DNA of 64,000 bases, taken from Nitrosopumilus sp. (GTDB taxonomy: Archaea > Thermoproteota > Nitrososphaeria > Nitrososphaerales > Nitrosopumilaceae). The translations under genes and the position numbers were made by a program. Within the stretch, counting starts at the first letter, position 1, and each line of letters opens with the position of its first letter. Under the pieces are notes generated by a model. It had not been told where the DNA came from and ran no database searches. It saw nothing but the letters and a program-made list of their open reading frames with translations. Location of the stretch: NCBI GenBank assembly GCA_965205215.1, contig OZ242041.1, positions 288,001 through 352,000 of the forward strand, in the 5' to 3' direction. This document shows positions 28,425 to 36,544 of this stretch, piece by piece.

Positions 28425-29506
28425 TGGGAACCGCGGCCGGCGCGGCAGCGGCGGCAGGAGGAGGAGTGGGAGCCGCGCCGCAAAGGTACGATGAGGAGGC
28501 TGCCGCGGACGTCATACCGCCCCACAGGACGGGCATGGAGGGGCGCCTGCACCTGTCGCTACTATACGACGGCGCCAGGACGATAATCGCGGGCCAGCGC
28601 GCAGAGCCGCCCCTGGCAGTACAGAGGGCGCTCTACTGCGAGCAGTCCCTGCCAGGCATGGCGTACGTGTATGTCACGTCCACGTCCGGCGGCATACTCC
28701 AGGGCGACAGGCACGTCACGAGGTTTGACCTGGGCGGCGGGGCGAGGGCCCACATCACGACGCAGGGGGCCACCAGAATATACGGGACAAGAGACTCGGC
28801 GCGTACAGAAAAGAAGCCGGCGGCGCGGGCGTCACTCCGCATGTCGCTGGGCGAGAGCTCGTATCTGGAGTACATGCCCGACCAGATAATCCCGTACGCG
28901 GGATCCAGGTTCCGGCAGGATGCGGTCATGTCCGTACACGAGACTGCAACCCTGGTGTACGCGGAGACCGTATCGCCCGGGCGCGTCGGAATGGGCGAGT
29001 CGTTTGAGTACGAGTCGTGCAGCCTGAGGATGCGCGTCACGGACCAGAACGGGAGGTTCAGGTTTGTGGATGCGGCAAGGATGGAGCCGCGAGTTGCGTC
29101 CTTGCAGTCATCGCCATCGGCATCATCGCAAACGGCATATTCTTTATCACCATCCTCACAACCATCAGATTCAACACAAGCATCGTCTTTACAGCCACAA
29201 TCCGCAGATGAGCCAGAACTGGACATAAAGTCGTTTGGAATAATGGAAGAATATGATGTAGTATCCTCGTTGTATGTAATTACAGAAAAAAAGCATGTGG
29301 AAAGCCTGCAAAAAGGCATGGACGGCGCCATACTCCAGCACGGCGAGGTTGCAGGCGGCGCCACCGTAATGAGCGGCAACACTGGGGTGATGGCAAGGCT
29401 GCTCGGGCGCGACACCGAGTCCGTAGGATCCGCAGTAACGGAGGCCGCCGCTTACGCAAGAAAGGTTGTTCTGGGCGCCCCCTTTACCGGCATCAGAAAG
29501 AGCTGA
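28421..29506 (+). CDS. ureD: Urease accessory protein UreD
   Basis: SGGILQGD, TTQGATRIY, LEYMPDQIIPY and PGRVGMGESFEY. Contains a Ser-rich insertion. Confidence 0.94.
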   Translation: MMGTAAGAAAAAGGGVGAAPQRYDEEAAADVIPPHRTGMEGRLHLSLLYDGARTIIAGQRAEPPLAVQRALYCEQSLPGMAYVYVTSTSGGILQGDRHVTRFDLGGGARAHITTQGATRIYGTRDSARTEKKPAARASLRMSLGESSYLEYMPDQIIPYAGSRFRQDAVMSVHETATLVYAETVSPGRVGMGESFEYESCSLRMRVTDQNGRFRFVDAARMEPRVASLQSSPSASSQTAYSLSPSSQPSDSTQASSLQPQSADEPELDIKSFGIMEEYDVVSSLYVITEKKHVESLQKGMDGAILQHGEVAGGATVMSGNTGVMARLLGRDTESVGSAVTEAAAYARKVVLGAPFTGIRKS

Positions 29507-29562
29507 CTGTGTTGACGGCGCGACATGCAATATGACGGACGGCGGGGCCGCACCCACGCCGC

Positions 29563-32004
29563 CTACTGTATCTGTCTGACCGCGGTGGCCCCGGATGACT
29601 TTTCAATCTTGAAGACGTGCTCTGCGTGCGCTACCATCTCGTCGTCGTGGGAGACCAGTATGATCTGCTCCGAGTTCAACCCGTCGAGCAGCTCCTTTAC
29701 GTGTCCCAGCTGTCCCTTGGAGAGCCCGTCGGTAGGCTCGTCGAGTATCAGCAGGCTCGACTCCAGGCTCCCGGCCTCCTTCCTCACCATGTGGTTGAGG
29801 GCCAGTCGGTAGGAGAGCGCCACGCTTGTCTTCTCGCCGCCGCTCAGGTACTCCACGCTCTGCACGTACCCGTCCTGCTCCACTATGGGCGCAAACTCCT
29901 CGTCTATGTAGGAGTCCTTTGTCGGGTCGTCTATCAGTTTGGCATGCCACGTACGGTACGACTCGTTGAACGTCCGTTGCAGTGTCAGCAGGACCGTCTT
30001 CTCTATCTGGGACACGGTGGGGGTGAAAAAGTCCGACAGCCAGTTCATGCAGGCGGTGTATCTCACGTGCCTTTCTTCAAGGCGCTCTGCCTCCGCAACG
30101 TCGGCCCCCAGCCGCGACACGGCCCGGTTTGCGTTCTCCAAGTCCGCTTTTTTTGCGGCGAGCTTTTCGCGCACGTCGGCAAGCGATCGGCGCGCGTCGT
30201 CGAGTCTTGCCTTTGCGGCCGACGCGGCCTCGTCGTCGCCCTTGTATGACTCGAGTGTTGCAGAGACCCTGCTGAGCTCCGACTCGAAGCCGCGCGTGCG
30301 CTCCAGCGAATTTTCCATCTCCGCGCGGTCGCTTTTGTCGGCCGCCTCCAGGCGCTTGAGCTCGTCGGCGATGTCGGCCGCGCGCCTCCTGTTGTTCTCG
30401 TACTCGACAAGGGCGTCCTTTAGCGCCGAGAGGTACTCGGCCGGTGTCTGCGTGCGGCCGGAGTCGGCGGGGAATCCTGGCTCCGGTGACACCGCGTTCT
30501 TTGCGTCAAGCGACTTCAAGCTGGCCTGGAGCCGCGCCAGTTCGGAGCCAAGCCGCCGGTGTTCCTCCGCGTCCGGTATCATAACCTGCAGCGAGGCCAG
30601 CGTACTTTTGAGCCTCTCCGCGTCGGCCTCCGCGTCCCGAATCCGGTCTGACTCGGCCTTGTACTTTACGTCTAGCGCGCTCTTCCTTGACCGGGCGGCG
30701 GCCATCGCCTTGCGCCTCTCCTCTCCCTGCCGGGCTATGTGCTCCTTTGTCAGCTTGTGTCCACACAGGCTGCACCTTGCCCCGAGCTTTTGAAGTGACG
30801 CAACGTCCTCGTTCAGCCTGTCCTCCTCGACGGCGGCCGCCGTCCTTGCGGCGTTGGTGTCCTCGCGCGCGCGGCGCATGTCATCCAGCGTTCTTGTGCG
30901 CGAGCCAAGCTCCGACTCGCACCTGTCGGCCTCCTCCCTTATGGCGCCCGCATCCGTTCTTCCCTGCAGCTTTGCCCGCAGCGCGTCGATCCGCCCGGCC
31001 ACCGAGCTGGCGTCGGCGCGTGCCCTTATGATCTCCTCGCCGAGCGCCTCGAACCGCGCGATCTCCTCGCGTATCTGCTCCATGGTGCGCCCCGTGGGAC
31101 TCTGGATCCTTGAGATCGCGACGGACTCGGCCCTGACAGAGTCCATGCGGTCCCGGTTCTCCTCCATCCTCCTCTTGCATTCCGCGCGCATGTGCTCTTC
31201 CCCGTCCAGCCGGGAGCGGATGCCGGCATACCTTACGTCGAGCGCGTTCTTATCGGCCATTCGGCCCTCGTACCGCGATACCTCGTCCCTTGCAGTCTTC
31301 TCCAGTACCCCTAGGTCTCGTTCTGCCTCGGATCCGGCAGATATCTCGGCCGTGATGTCACGGATGTTCCGCTCCGTGTCCGCAAGCTCCGACCTCTTGT
31401 CGCCCAGATCCTCGAACTTTGCCTCCAGTCTGTTTGCCTCGTCGCGCATCCTTTGTCTGAGAAAATTCGCGTTCTCCACGGCCGTCTGGTACTCTTCCAT
31501 GCGGAATATCTTGCGTATGGTCTCGAGGCGCTTGTCCGTATCCCACAGTATGGACTTCATCTCGTCCTGCGGGGTGAACACGGCATACCGGTATATGCGG
31601 CTCTTGGCGTTGGAGCTGGACGGCTCGTTGAGCCTCAGGATCTCCAGGATGCGCCCGTCCAGCTGCTTCGTGGTGAGAGGCTCGAGCACGTTGTCTGCGC
31701 GGAGGTACGAGCCCTTGGGGTCCTGCGCGATCTTCCCGCGGGCCCGCCTGAGCGTCCTGCCCACCTCGTACTTGGTGTCGCCGACGTGGAACGTAAGCAT
31801 TATCTCGCCGGAGTCCGCGCCCTTTGAGAGAAGGCTCTCCCCCTTGACGGATCCGCTACCGAACAGTGCAAACTCGATCCCCATCAGTATGGTGGACTTG
31901 CCAGAGCCGATGTCGCCGCTGAATATGGTGATGCCCGTAGGGAACTTTATCTCGGTGTCGCGGTGGCTCCGGATGTTGGTCAGCGTGAGCGAGTCGAGAA
32001 TCAT
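29563..32004 (-). CDS. rad50: DNA double-strand break repair ATPase Rad50
   Basis: Walker A GDIGSGKS, long coiled coil, CSLC zinc hook, LSGGE signature and ILDEPT. Confidence 0.95.
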   Translation of the reverse strand: MILDSLTLTNIRSHRDTEIKFPTGITIFSGDIGSGKSTILMGIEFALFGSGSVKGESLLSKGADSGEIMLTFHVGDTKYEVGRTLRRARGKIAQDPKGSYLRADNVLEPLTTKQLDGRILEILRLNEPSSSNAKSRIYRYAVFTPQDEMKSILWDTDKRLETIRKIFRMEEYQTAVENANFLRQRMRDEANRLEAKFEDLGDKRSELADTERNIRDITAEISAGSEAERDLGVLEKTARDEVSRYEGRMADKNALDVRYAGIRSRLDGEEHMRAECKRRMEENRDRMDSVRAESVAISRIQSPTGRTMEQIREEIARFEALGEEIIRARADASSVAGRIDALRAKLQGRTDAGAIREEADRCESELGSRTRTLDDMRRAREDTNAARTAAAVEEDRLNEDVASLQKLGARCSLCGHKLTKEHIARQGEERRKAMAAARSRKSALDVKYKAESDRIRDAEADAERLKSTLASLQVMIPDAEEHRRLGSELARLQASLKSLDAKNAVSPEPGFPADSGRTQTPAEYLSALKDALVEYENNRRRAADIADELKRLEAADKSDRAEMENSLERTRGFESELSRVSATLESYKGDDEAASAAKARLDDARRSLADVREKLAAKKADLENANRAVSRLGADVAEAERLEERHVRYTACMNWLSDFFTPTVSQIEKTVLLTLQRTFNESYRTWHAKLIDDPTKDSYIDEEFAPIVEQDGYVQSVEYLSGGEKTSVALSYRLALNHMVRKEAGSLESSLLILDEPTDGLSKGQLGHVKELLDGLNSEQIILVSHDDEMVAHAEHVFKIEKSSGATAVRQIQ

Positions 32005-33296
32005 TTTTGTTCCTCCCCTCCCTCTCTCTTCCCCCCCTCTCCGTCCAGCTCGAGCGCCGCCGCGGCCTCGTCAGTCACGCGCTCCCGGTAGACCGTGAGC
32101 GGCTCGTTCTCAAGGGCCGGCCTGCCCAATATGTCAAGCAGCCTCTTTGCAAGTTCCGCCCCCCTCCTGCCGGTCAGCCCCGCGGCCCCGGAGTCGACCT
32201 GGCCTATGTTCTCCCCAAAGGTGTTTACGGCAATCTCCTCGGCGGTCTCCCCCTTTGACTCCGTTATCTCGTACTCGGCGGAGGACAGCTGGCGCCTGCT
32301 GATCTTCACCTCGACTGCGCCCCTTCCCTGCAGGTTGCCCGATATGGCCGCAAAGTCGACGTCTGTGGTCTTTCCCTCCGACATCCTGCCGGACACGCTC
32401 AGTATCACTACCTTGTCGGCCGGCTCGACGCCCGCAAGTCTCTGGTCGATCTCCTCGCTTACGGCATGCGACGTCTTGTGGGTTGCGTTTACCCGTATCA
32501 TGTCATACTCGCAGTTCTTTATCCCGATCTGCCGCACGTCCGTGATGCCGGTATCGTCAAACTCGGCCAGCACGTACCCGCGCGTGGCGCCGCGCGCATT
32601 CTCCTCCAGGTCCGAGTGGAACCCGGCAAACGTCGTGCCGGGATACACCACGTGCGGGTAATTCTCAAACGACTCGTGGCGGAACCGATGTATGTGGCCG
32701 CCAGCGTAATAGTCAAAATTCCGGGGCATGTACGACAGTGGCATGGCCGCGTCCGCCGCCTGGGCCGCGTCGTCGGCCGTGCGCATCTCGGAGACCGGCC
32801 CGTGGAACATGAATATGCGGAGGCCCCGCTCTGCCTCCAGCGGGCCGCGGTCGAGCTTTTCATAATACGTGATGTCCTTTGACGCGCCAAGCCCGCTGAT
32901 GCCGGCAAGCTTCGCGCCCGTCTTTTCATCAGTGACAAACCCCAGTGACATGGTGCCGTCGTCGTTGCTCGTGAGCCTTTGGACGTTTGTGATGTAGCCC
33001 GTCTCCGCAAGCAGGTCGATGACGGAGGTGGCCGACGGGGAAAAGTCGTGGCTGCCGTATATCGCGTATACGGGAATGCCTGCCTCGTGCACCCTGCGCA
33101 GTGCCGCGAACGCGAACTTTTGCACCCGCATCTCCGGTATGTTGACGTGGAACGTGTCGCCGCATATCAGGATAAAGTCGACTGAGCGCTCTATGCAGTC
33201 GTCCAGCGCGCTCTCAAATACGTCCTGCTCTACGCCCTGGAGCGGCCTTGACTTTTGGAACCCCAGGTGCATGTCCGAAAAGTGCGCAAACTTCAC
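32001..33296 (-). CDS. mre11: DNA repair nuclease Mre11
   Basis: DMHLG, GDTF, GSHD, MFHG and AGGHIH phosphoesterase motifs. Confidence 0.95.
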   Translation of the reverse strand: MKFAHFSDMHLGFQKSRPLQGVEQDVFESALDDCIERSVDFILICGDTFHVNIPEMRVQKFAFAALRRVHEAGIPVYAIYGSHDFSPSATSVIDLLAETGYITNVQRLTSNDDGTMSLGFVTDEKTGAKLAGISGLGASKDITYYEKLDRGPLEAERGLRIFMFHGPVSEMRTADDAAQAADAAMPLSYMPRNFDYYAGGHIHRFRHESFENYPHVVYPGTTFAGFHSDLEENARGATRGYVLAEFDDTGITDVRQIGIKNCEYDMIRVNATHKTSHAVSEEIDQRLAGVEPADKVVILSVSGRMSEGKTTDVDFAAISGNLQGRGAVEVKISRRQLSSAEYEITESKGETAEEIAVNTFGENIGQVDSGAAGLTGRRGAELAKRLLDILGRPALENEPLTVYRERVTDEAAAALELDGEGGKREGGEEQK

Positions 33297-35104
33297 TGCC
33301 CGAACACCCTCACCCGCTGGTTGTTGCCGCGCCCTGTGGCCCCCGCATCCGTCGCTGCCGCCCCCGCACCACCCGCCAGATCCTCGAACTTTGGGACCTT
33401 GATCGGTATCGCAAACGGGACGAATATGCTGGTTATGATGGCCTCGCCCCTGTCCAGGCTCGCTATGTTCTTGTCGTCGCTTGACAGGTCCTGGGACGCG
33501 GACGCTATCAGGGCCTCACGCTCCTGCTTCATCTCGTTGCCCAGTATGATCTTCGTGTTCATGTTGGCCAGTATGGCCTTTGGGATCACGCTTGCAAGCT
33601 GCGTGACGGCCACGAGCCCCACCTGGAACTTGCGCCCTTCCCGCGCTATCGTGGCGTATATGTTGTCGTTCTTTGACGCAAGCACGTCCTCGCCTATCAC
33701 GCGGGGCGCCTCCTCGATTACGATGGACGTGACGGGCTTCTGGCTCAGCGTGCCCTGGGTCTTGTAATACTTGTACCTTTCAAGTAGGCTCGTCGCGACT
33801 ATGTTTCCGACCACGAGCTCCGCCGCGCTGTTAAGCTGCGACGTGTCAAGCACGACTATCTTGCCGGACTCCATGTCGTGCACGATGTCCTGTACGGTGC
33901 TGGCGCCCTTCGTGTCCGGATCAAACACGGCGTTCCTGGAGTGCATCGTGCGGCTTTTCTTGCCCGTTGTGTATATGTCAAGCGTCATCTCCAGCTTGCG
34001 CCGCACGACTGACATGGTGGAGCGCGCCGGACTGTCACTGTCACGGCTGCCCTTGCCGCCCTTGTTGTTGGCGCCGTCGCTGCTGCTGTCATTACTGTCA
34101 TGGTGGTTGGCGCCGGCCTCCCGCGGGGCACCATCGTAATCGTCATCGCCGTTATGGTCGTGCGGGCCTTCGGCTGCTGCAGCATCAGCGGTGTCGTCAC
34201 CGACGTGGCCTGCGGCCCCCATTATGGCCGCGATCCAGTCCTCGCCGTGCGTGGCGTAAAACCCGTGTATGGCCCTCAGCTGCGCGTCGGAGAACTCTAC
34301 GATCCCCTCAAAATGGCGCGGCTCCACGGCCCTGATGTTTATCGAAAACGTGCGCGCCCCGGGCAGCGTGCGGCGCTCCGTGGTATAGTACACCAGCCTG
34401 TCCGCCGCACTGCCGTGGTTCTTGAGCCCCCTGCCCGTCTTGCCATAGTACTCGTCGTGGGCGTCAAGCACCAGGATCCCGACCCTAGTCCCCGAGTCCA
34501 TCACGTTCCACAGCATCGACTTTACCAGGTTGGACTTGCCCCTGCCCGTGGTGGCCGGAATCAGCACGTGGTGCTTGAATATGTCCCTGACCGGCAGCAT
34601 GACCCTGGCGTCCTCTATCACCTCCGAGCCGCTCCTTATGCTTCCAACAAAGAGGCCGTCCTGGTTTCTCTTCTCCAAAAACGCCAGATCCTCCCTCCTG
34701 ACGGGCCTCAGCGTGCTGTGAAACGGGGGCAGCGCCTTGGGGGTGCTGACAGGCACGTCCCCGTCACCGTCGGGCGCCGTCCCCACCCTGGCAAGCGGCC
34801 TTATGCTTGCGATCACATAGTTTACAATGTCCGGCTCGTAGAACGTGGATTCCCCAGGCTGCCCCTCATCCTCCTCTAGCGTCACGCCCGATATCATCTC
34901 GTGCATCTTGTCGTCTATCTGCGACGCGTACCTCAGGTCAAAGACGGACAGGACAAGGTTGTCTCCCGTCTCTCTCTCCTCCAGGACCAGTATGTCGCCG
35001 ATCTCCAAGGTCGCGCCCGCCTTCTGCCGCACCAGAATCTGGCCGAACCCGCCCCCGATCACCTGGCCCATCACGTCAAGACTGCCGGCCCGCCCCCTCA
35101 TCAC
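33293..35104 (-). CDS. herA: HerA helicase/translocase
   Basis: HAS barrel, ATTGRGKSN, DAHDEY, IEEAPR and REGRKF. Confidence 0.93.
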   Translation of the reverse strand: MMRGRAGSLDVMGQVIGGGFGQILVRQKAGATLEIGDILVLEERETGDNLVLSVFDLRYASQIDDKMHEMISGVTLEEDEGQPGESTFYEPDIVNYVIASIRPLARVGTAPDGDGDVPVSTPKALPPFHSTLRPVRREDLAFLEKRNQDGLFVGSIRSGSEVIEDARVMLPVRDIFKHHVLIPATTGRGKSNLVKSMLWNVMDSGTRVGILVLDAHDEYYGKTGRGLKNHGSAADRLVYYTTERRTLPGARTFSINIRAVEPRHFEGIVEFSDAQLRAIHGFYATHGEDWIAAIMGAAGHVGDDTADAAAAEGPHDHNGDDDYDGAPREAGANHHDSNDSSSDGANNKGGKGSRDSDSPARSTMSVVRRKLEMTLDIYTTGKKSRTMHSRNAVFDPDTKGASTVQDIVHDMESGKIVVLDTSQLNSAAELVVGNIVATSLLERYKYYKTQGTLSQKPVTSIVIEEAPRVIGEDVLASKNDNIYATIAREGRKFQVGLVAVTQLASVIPKAILANMNTKIILGNEMKQEREALIASASQDLSSDDKNIASLDRGEAIITSIFVPFAIPIKVPKFEDLAGGAGAAATDAGATGRGNNQRVRVFGQ

Positions 35105-36354
35105 CCGGTCACCCTGTTGAGAATGTCATGGAATATAATCGAATCAGGGTGGCGCGCCAGCACGCGCCGCCGCTCCGGACGCCCCTCCATGCGGGCGTAG
35201 AGGGAGCGCCTGTACATTGCGGCCTCCTTTTTGCGCACCTGCGCGTGCTTGTCCGCGTCGATCAGCCCGTACGGATACCCCAGTGCCGCAACGTCGCCAG
35301 AGTTGGCCGCCAAGCTCCAGAACACGGCGTTTCGCTGGGCGCCGTCCATCTCCCGAAACTGCTTGTACAGCACGTCAATCCGGAATACAAACCGCGACCT
35401 TGGATGGAGCTTTGCCGCAAGCATCGAGGTCAGGCCGTCACCGAACATCCCTTCGGCGACGGGGACGTACCACCGGTCATGCCCCGCCTTGGCGGCGATC
35501 TCCGACACGCGCGCCAGCAGCGGCTCGCCGGACTCTGTAAGCAGCCGGGTGGTCTTTGCAAGCCCGCATACTATGACACCCCTCTTCACAGCCGTATCGT
35601 ACAGCCTGCCGGCATACTGCCTCTCGACGTCAAGCGAGGTCTGAAGCGAGCCGTCCAAGACCAGTATGTCGCCTGGTTCAAGCTCGTCAGACGCTATCCG
35701 GGTCGCGAGCCTGATCTCGGCAAGCCGCCTGGCAAGCGAGGCAAGCGGGGCGGAGCCGTCAAGGGCCGTGGTCTTGCCGTCCGAGATTGAGAGGAGCGCG
35801 TCCCTGTCAGGAAGGCATCCAAGGAACCCTTGCCCGTACGGGTAGATCCGGGTGTCGAATCTCAGCGGTTCCGGGGGACTTGCGCTGCCGTCATTGCCAT
35901 CGTCACTGCCATCGCTGTCATCATCATCATCGCGCGTGCCGCCGCGTGCTGCAGTATCGCCTGCATGCGGCAGCACGCACGACAGGAATGTCGTCGTCTT
36001 CTGCCTCGTCGAACCGTCACCGTCGCGGCCGTTGCCTTGGCCGCCATCTCCCATGCGATCGCGCATTCCGATCTTCTCGGCTCCCCGAAATACGGAACAA
36101 TACACTCGATTAAGCACGATCAGGTAATCCGGCACCTCGGCCAGTACCCCGTTGCCGCCGTCGACAAAGGCTGCCCTTCTGGGAGGCGACGAATCGGGCC
36201 TTATGCCTACAAACCCCGACGGCCTTATCTCAAACCGGGTTTTTGCCACGGCCCGCACTCTGTCGACGTGCGCACGCGCGGTGGTATGTAACTCGAGATC
36301 AGACAGCAACCGCTTGAGCGGATCGCTGTCTCTGTCGTTGTTATTGTCATTCAC
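35101..36354 (-). CDS. nurA: NurA 5'-3' nuclease
   Basis: AFVDGG, LVLDGSL, GLAKT and GYPYGLIDAD. First gene of the nurA-herA-mre11-rad50 operon. Confidence 0.9.
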   Translation of the reverse strand: MNDNNNDRDSDPLKRLLSDLELHTTARAHVDRVRAVAKTRFEIRPSGFVGIRPDSSPPRRAAFVDGGNGVLAEVPDYLIVLNRVYCSVFRGAEKIGMRDRMGDGGQGNGRDGDGSTRQKTTTFLSCVLPHAGDTAARGGTRDDDDDSDGSDDGNDGSASPPEPLRFDTRIYPYGQGFLGCLPDRDALLSISDGKTTALDGSAPLASLARRLAEIRLATRIASDELEPGDILVLDGSLQTSLDVERQYAGRLYDTAVKRGVIVCGLAKTTRLLTESGEPLLARVSEIAAKAGHDRWYVPVAEGMFGDGLTSMLAAKLHPRSRFVFRIDVLYKQFREMDGAQRNAVFWSLAANSGDVAALGYPYGLIDADKHAQVRKKEAAMYRRSLYARMEGRPERRRVLARHPDSIIFHDILNRVTG

Positions 36355-36544
36355 AAGATGGCAGTCATGCTAGGACTATTAAGAGTGCGCAACGCGGATT
36401 CGCTTATGGGGGACGCCTGCCACATCAATGTCAAAAAAACAAGTCGCATATACAAAGGAGCGAGAATATCCTCCCGTCGCATGCAGCTGGGGACACGGCG
36501 TGGCGGCGGCCAGAATACATCACGGGAAAGCCAGGCGGCATCGG

